A stretch of 7,505 bases of DNA, from contig NW_003314665.1 in assembly GCF_000143415.4 (NCBI RefSeq), positions 1 to 7,505 on the forward strand. Direction: 5' to 3'. The stretch is from Selaginella moellendorffii (lineage: Eukaryota > Plantae > Lycopodiophyta). Made by a program: the position numbers and the translations under genes. The notes beneath the pieces are model-generated. The model had not been told where the DNA came from and did not search any database. It saw nothing but the letters and a program-made list of their open reading frames with translations. Positions 7,441 to 7,505 of this stretch are shown here, in pieces (position 1 is the stretch's first letter; every line of letters starts with the position of its first letter).

Positions 7441-7505
7441 GTAACGTACTACGTTGCTGGTACCAGGCTAGTACGCGCCTCCTCTCTCGCCTGTTTTGTT
7501 TTTTT
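7441..7505 (+). other. Probable intron start, truncated by the window edge
   Basis: AAAG|GTAACG donor followed by a pyrimidine-rich tract CTCCTCTCTCGCCTGTTTTGTTTTTTT. Confidence 0.5.

Larger units (their letters stand above)
5351..7452. repeat. Right arm of large inverted duplication (pairs with 292-2843); probably extends beyond the window
   Basis: Reverse-complement match to the left arm. Right-only sequence includes ~5960-6050, a net +11 bp change at 6622-6635, a 24-bp tandem duplication, +12 bp near 7240 and net +14 bp near 7288-7310. Confidence 0.97.

Overview
Eukaryotic DNA, probably from a land plant (GC-rich exonic blocks, AT-rich intergenic DNA, GT-AG splice signals, decayed PLS-class PPR motifs); no prokaryotic features. 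The window is dominated by a large head-to-head inverted duplication: left arm ~292-2843, right arm ~5351-7452 (probably continuing past the window end), ~2.5 kb spacer. Each arm carries a copy of an unrecognised His/Pro/Ala-rich single-pass membrane protein gene. The left copy (1365..589, minus, 258 aa, 18-His run) is open; the right copy (6360..7129, plus) has a nonsense codon and a frameshift. Downstream of the left copy are shattered PPR-motif remnants. The spacer holds a 160-codon AT-rich open frame, a GC-richer block with a decayed 12-bp minisatellite, and a ~280-bp degenerate direct repeat overlapping the right arm's inner end. All alignments were done by eye.
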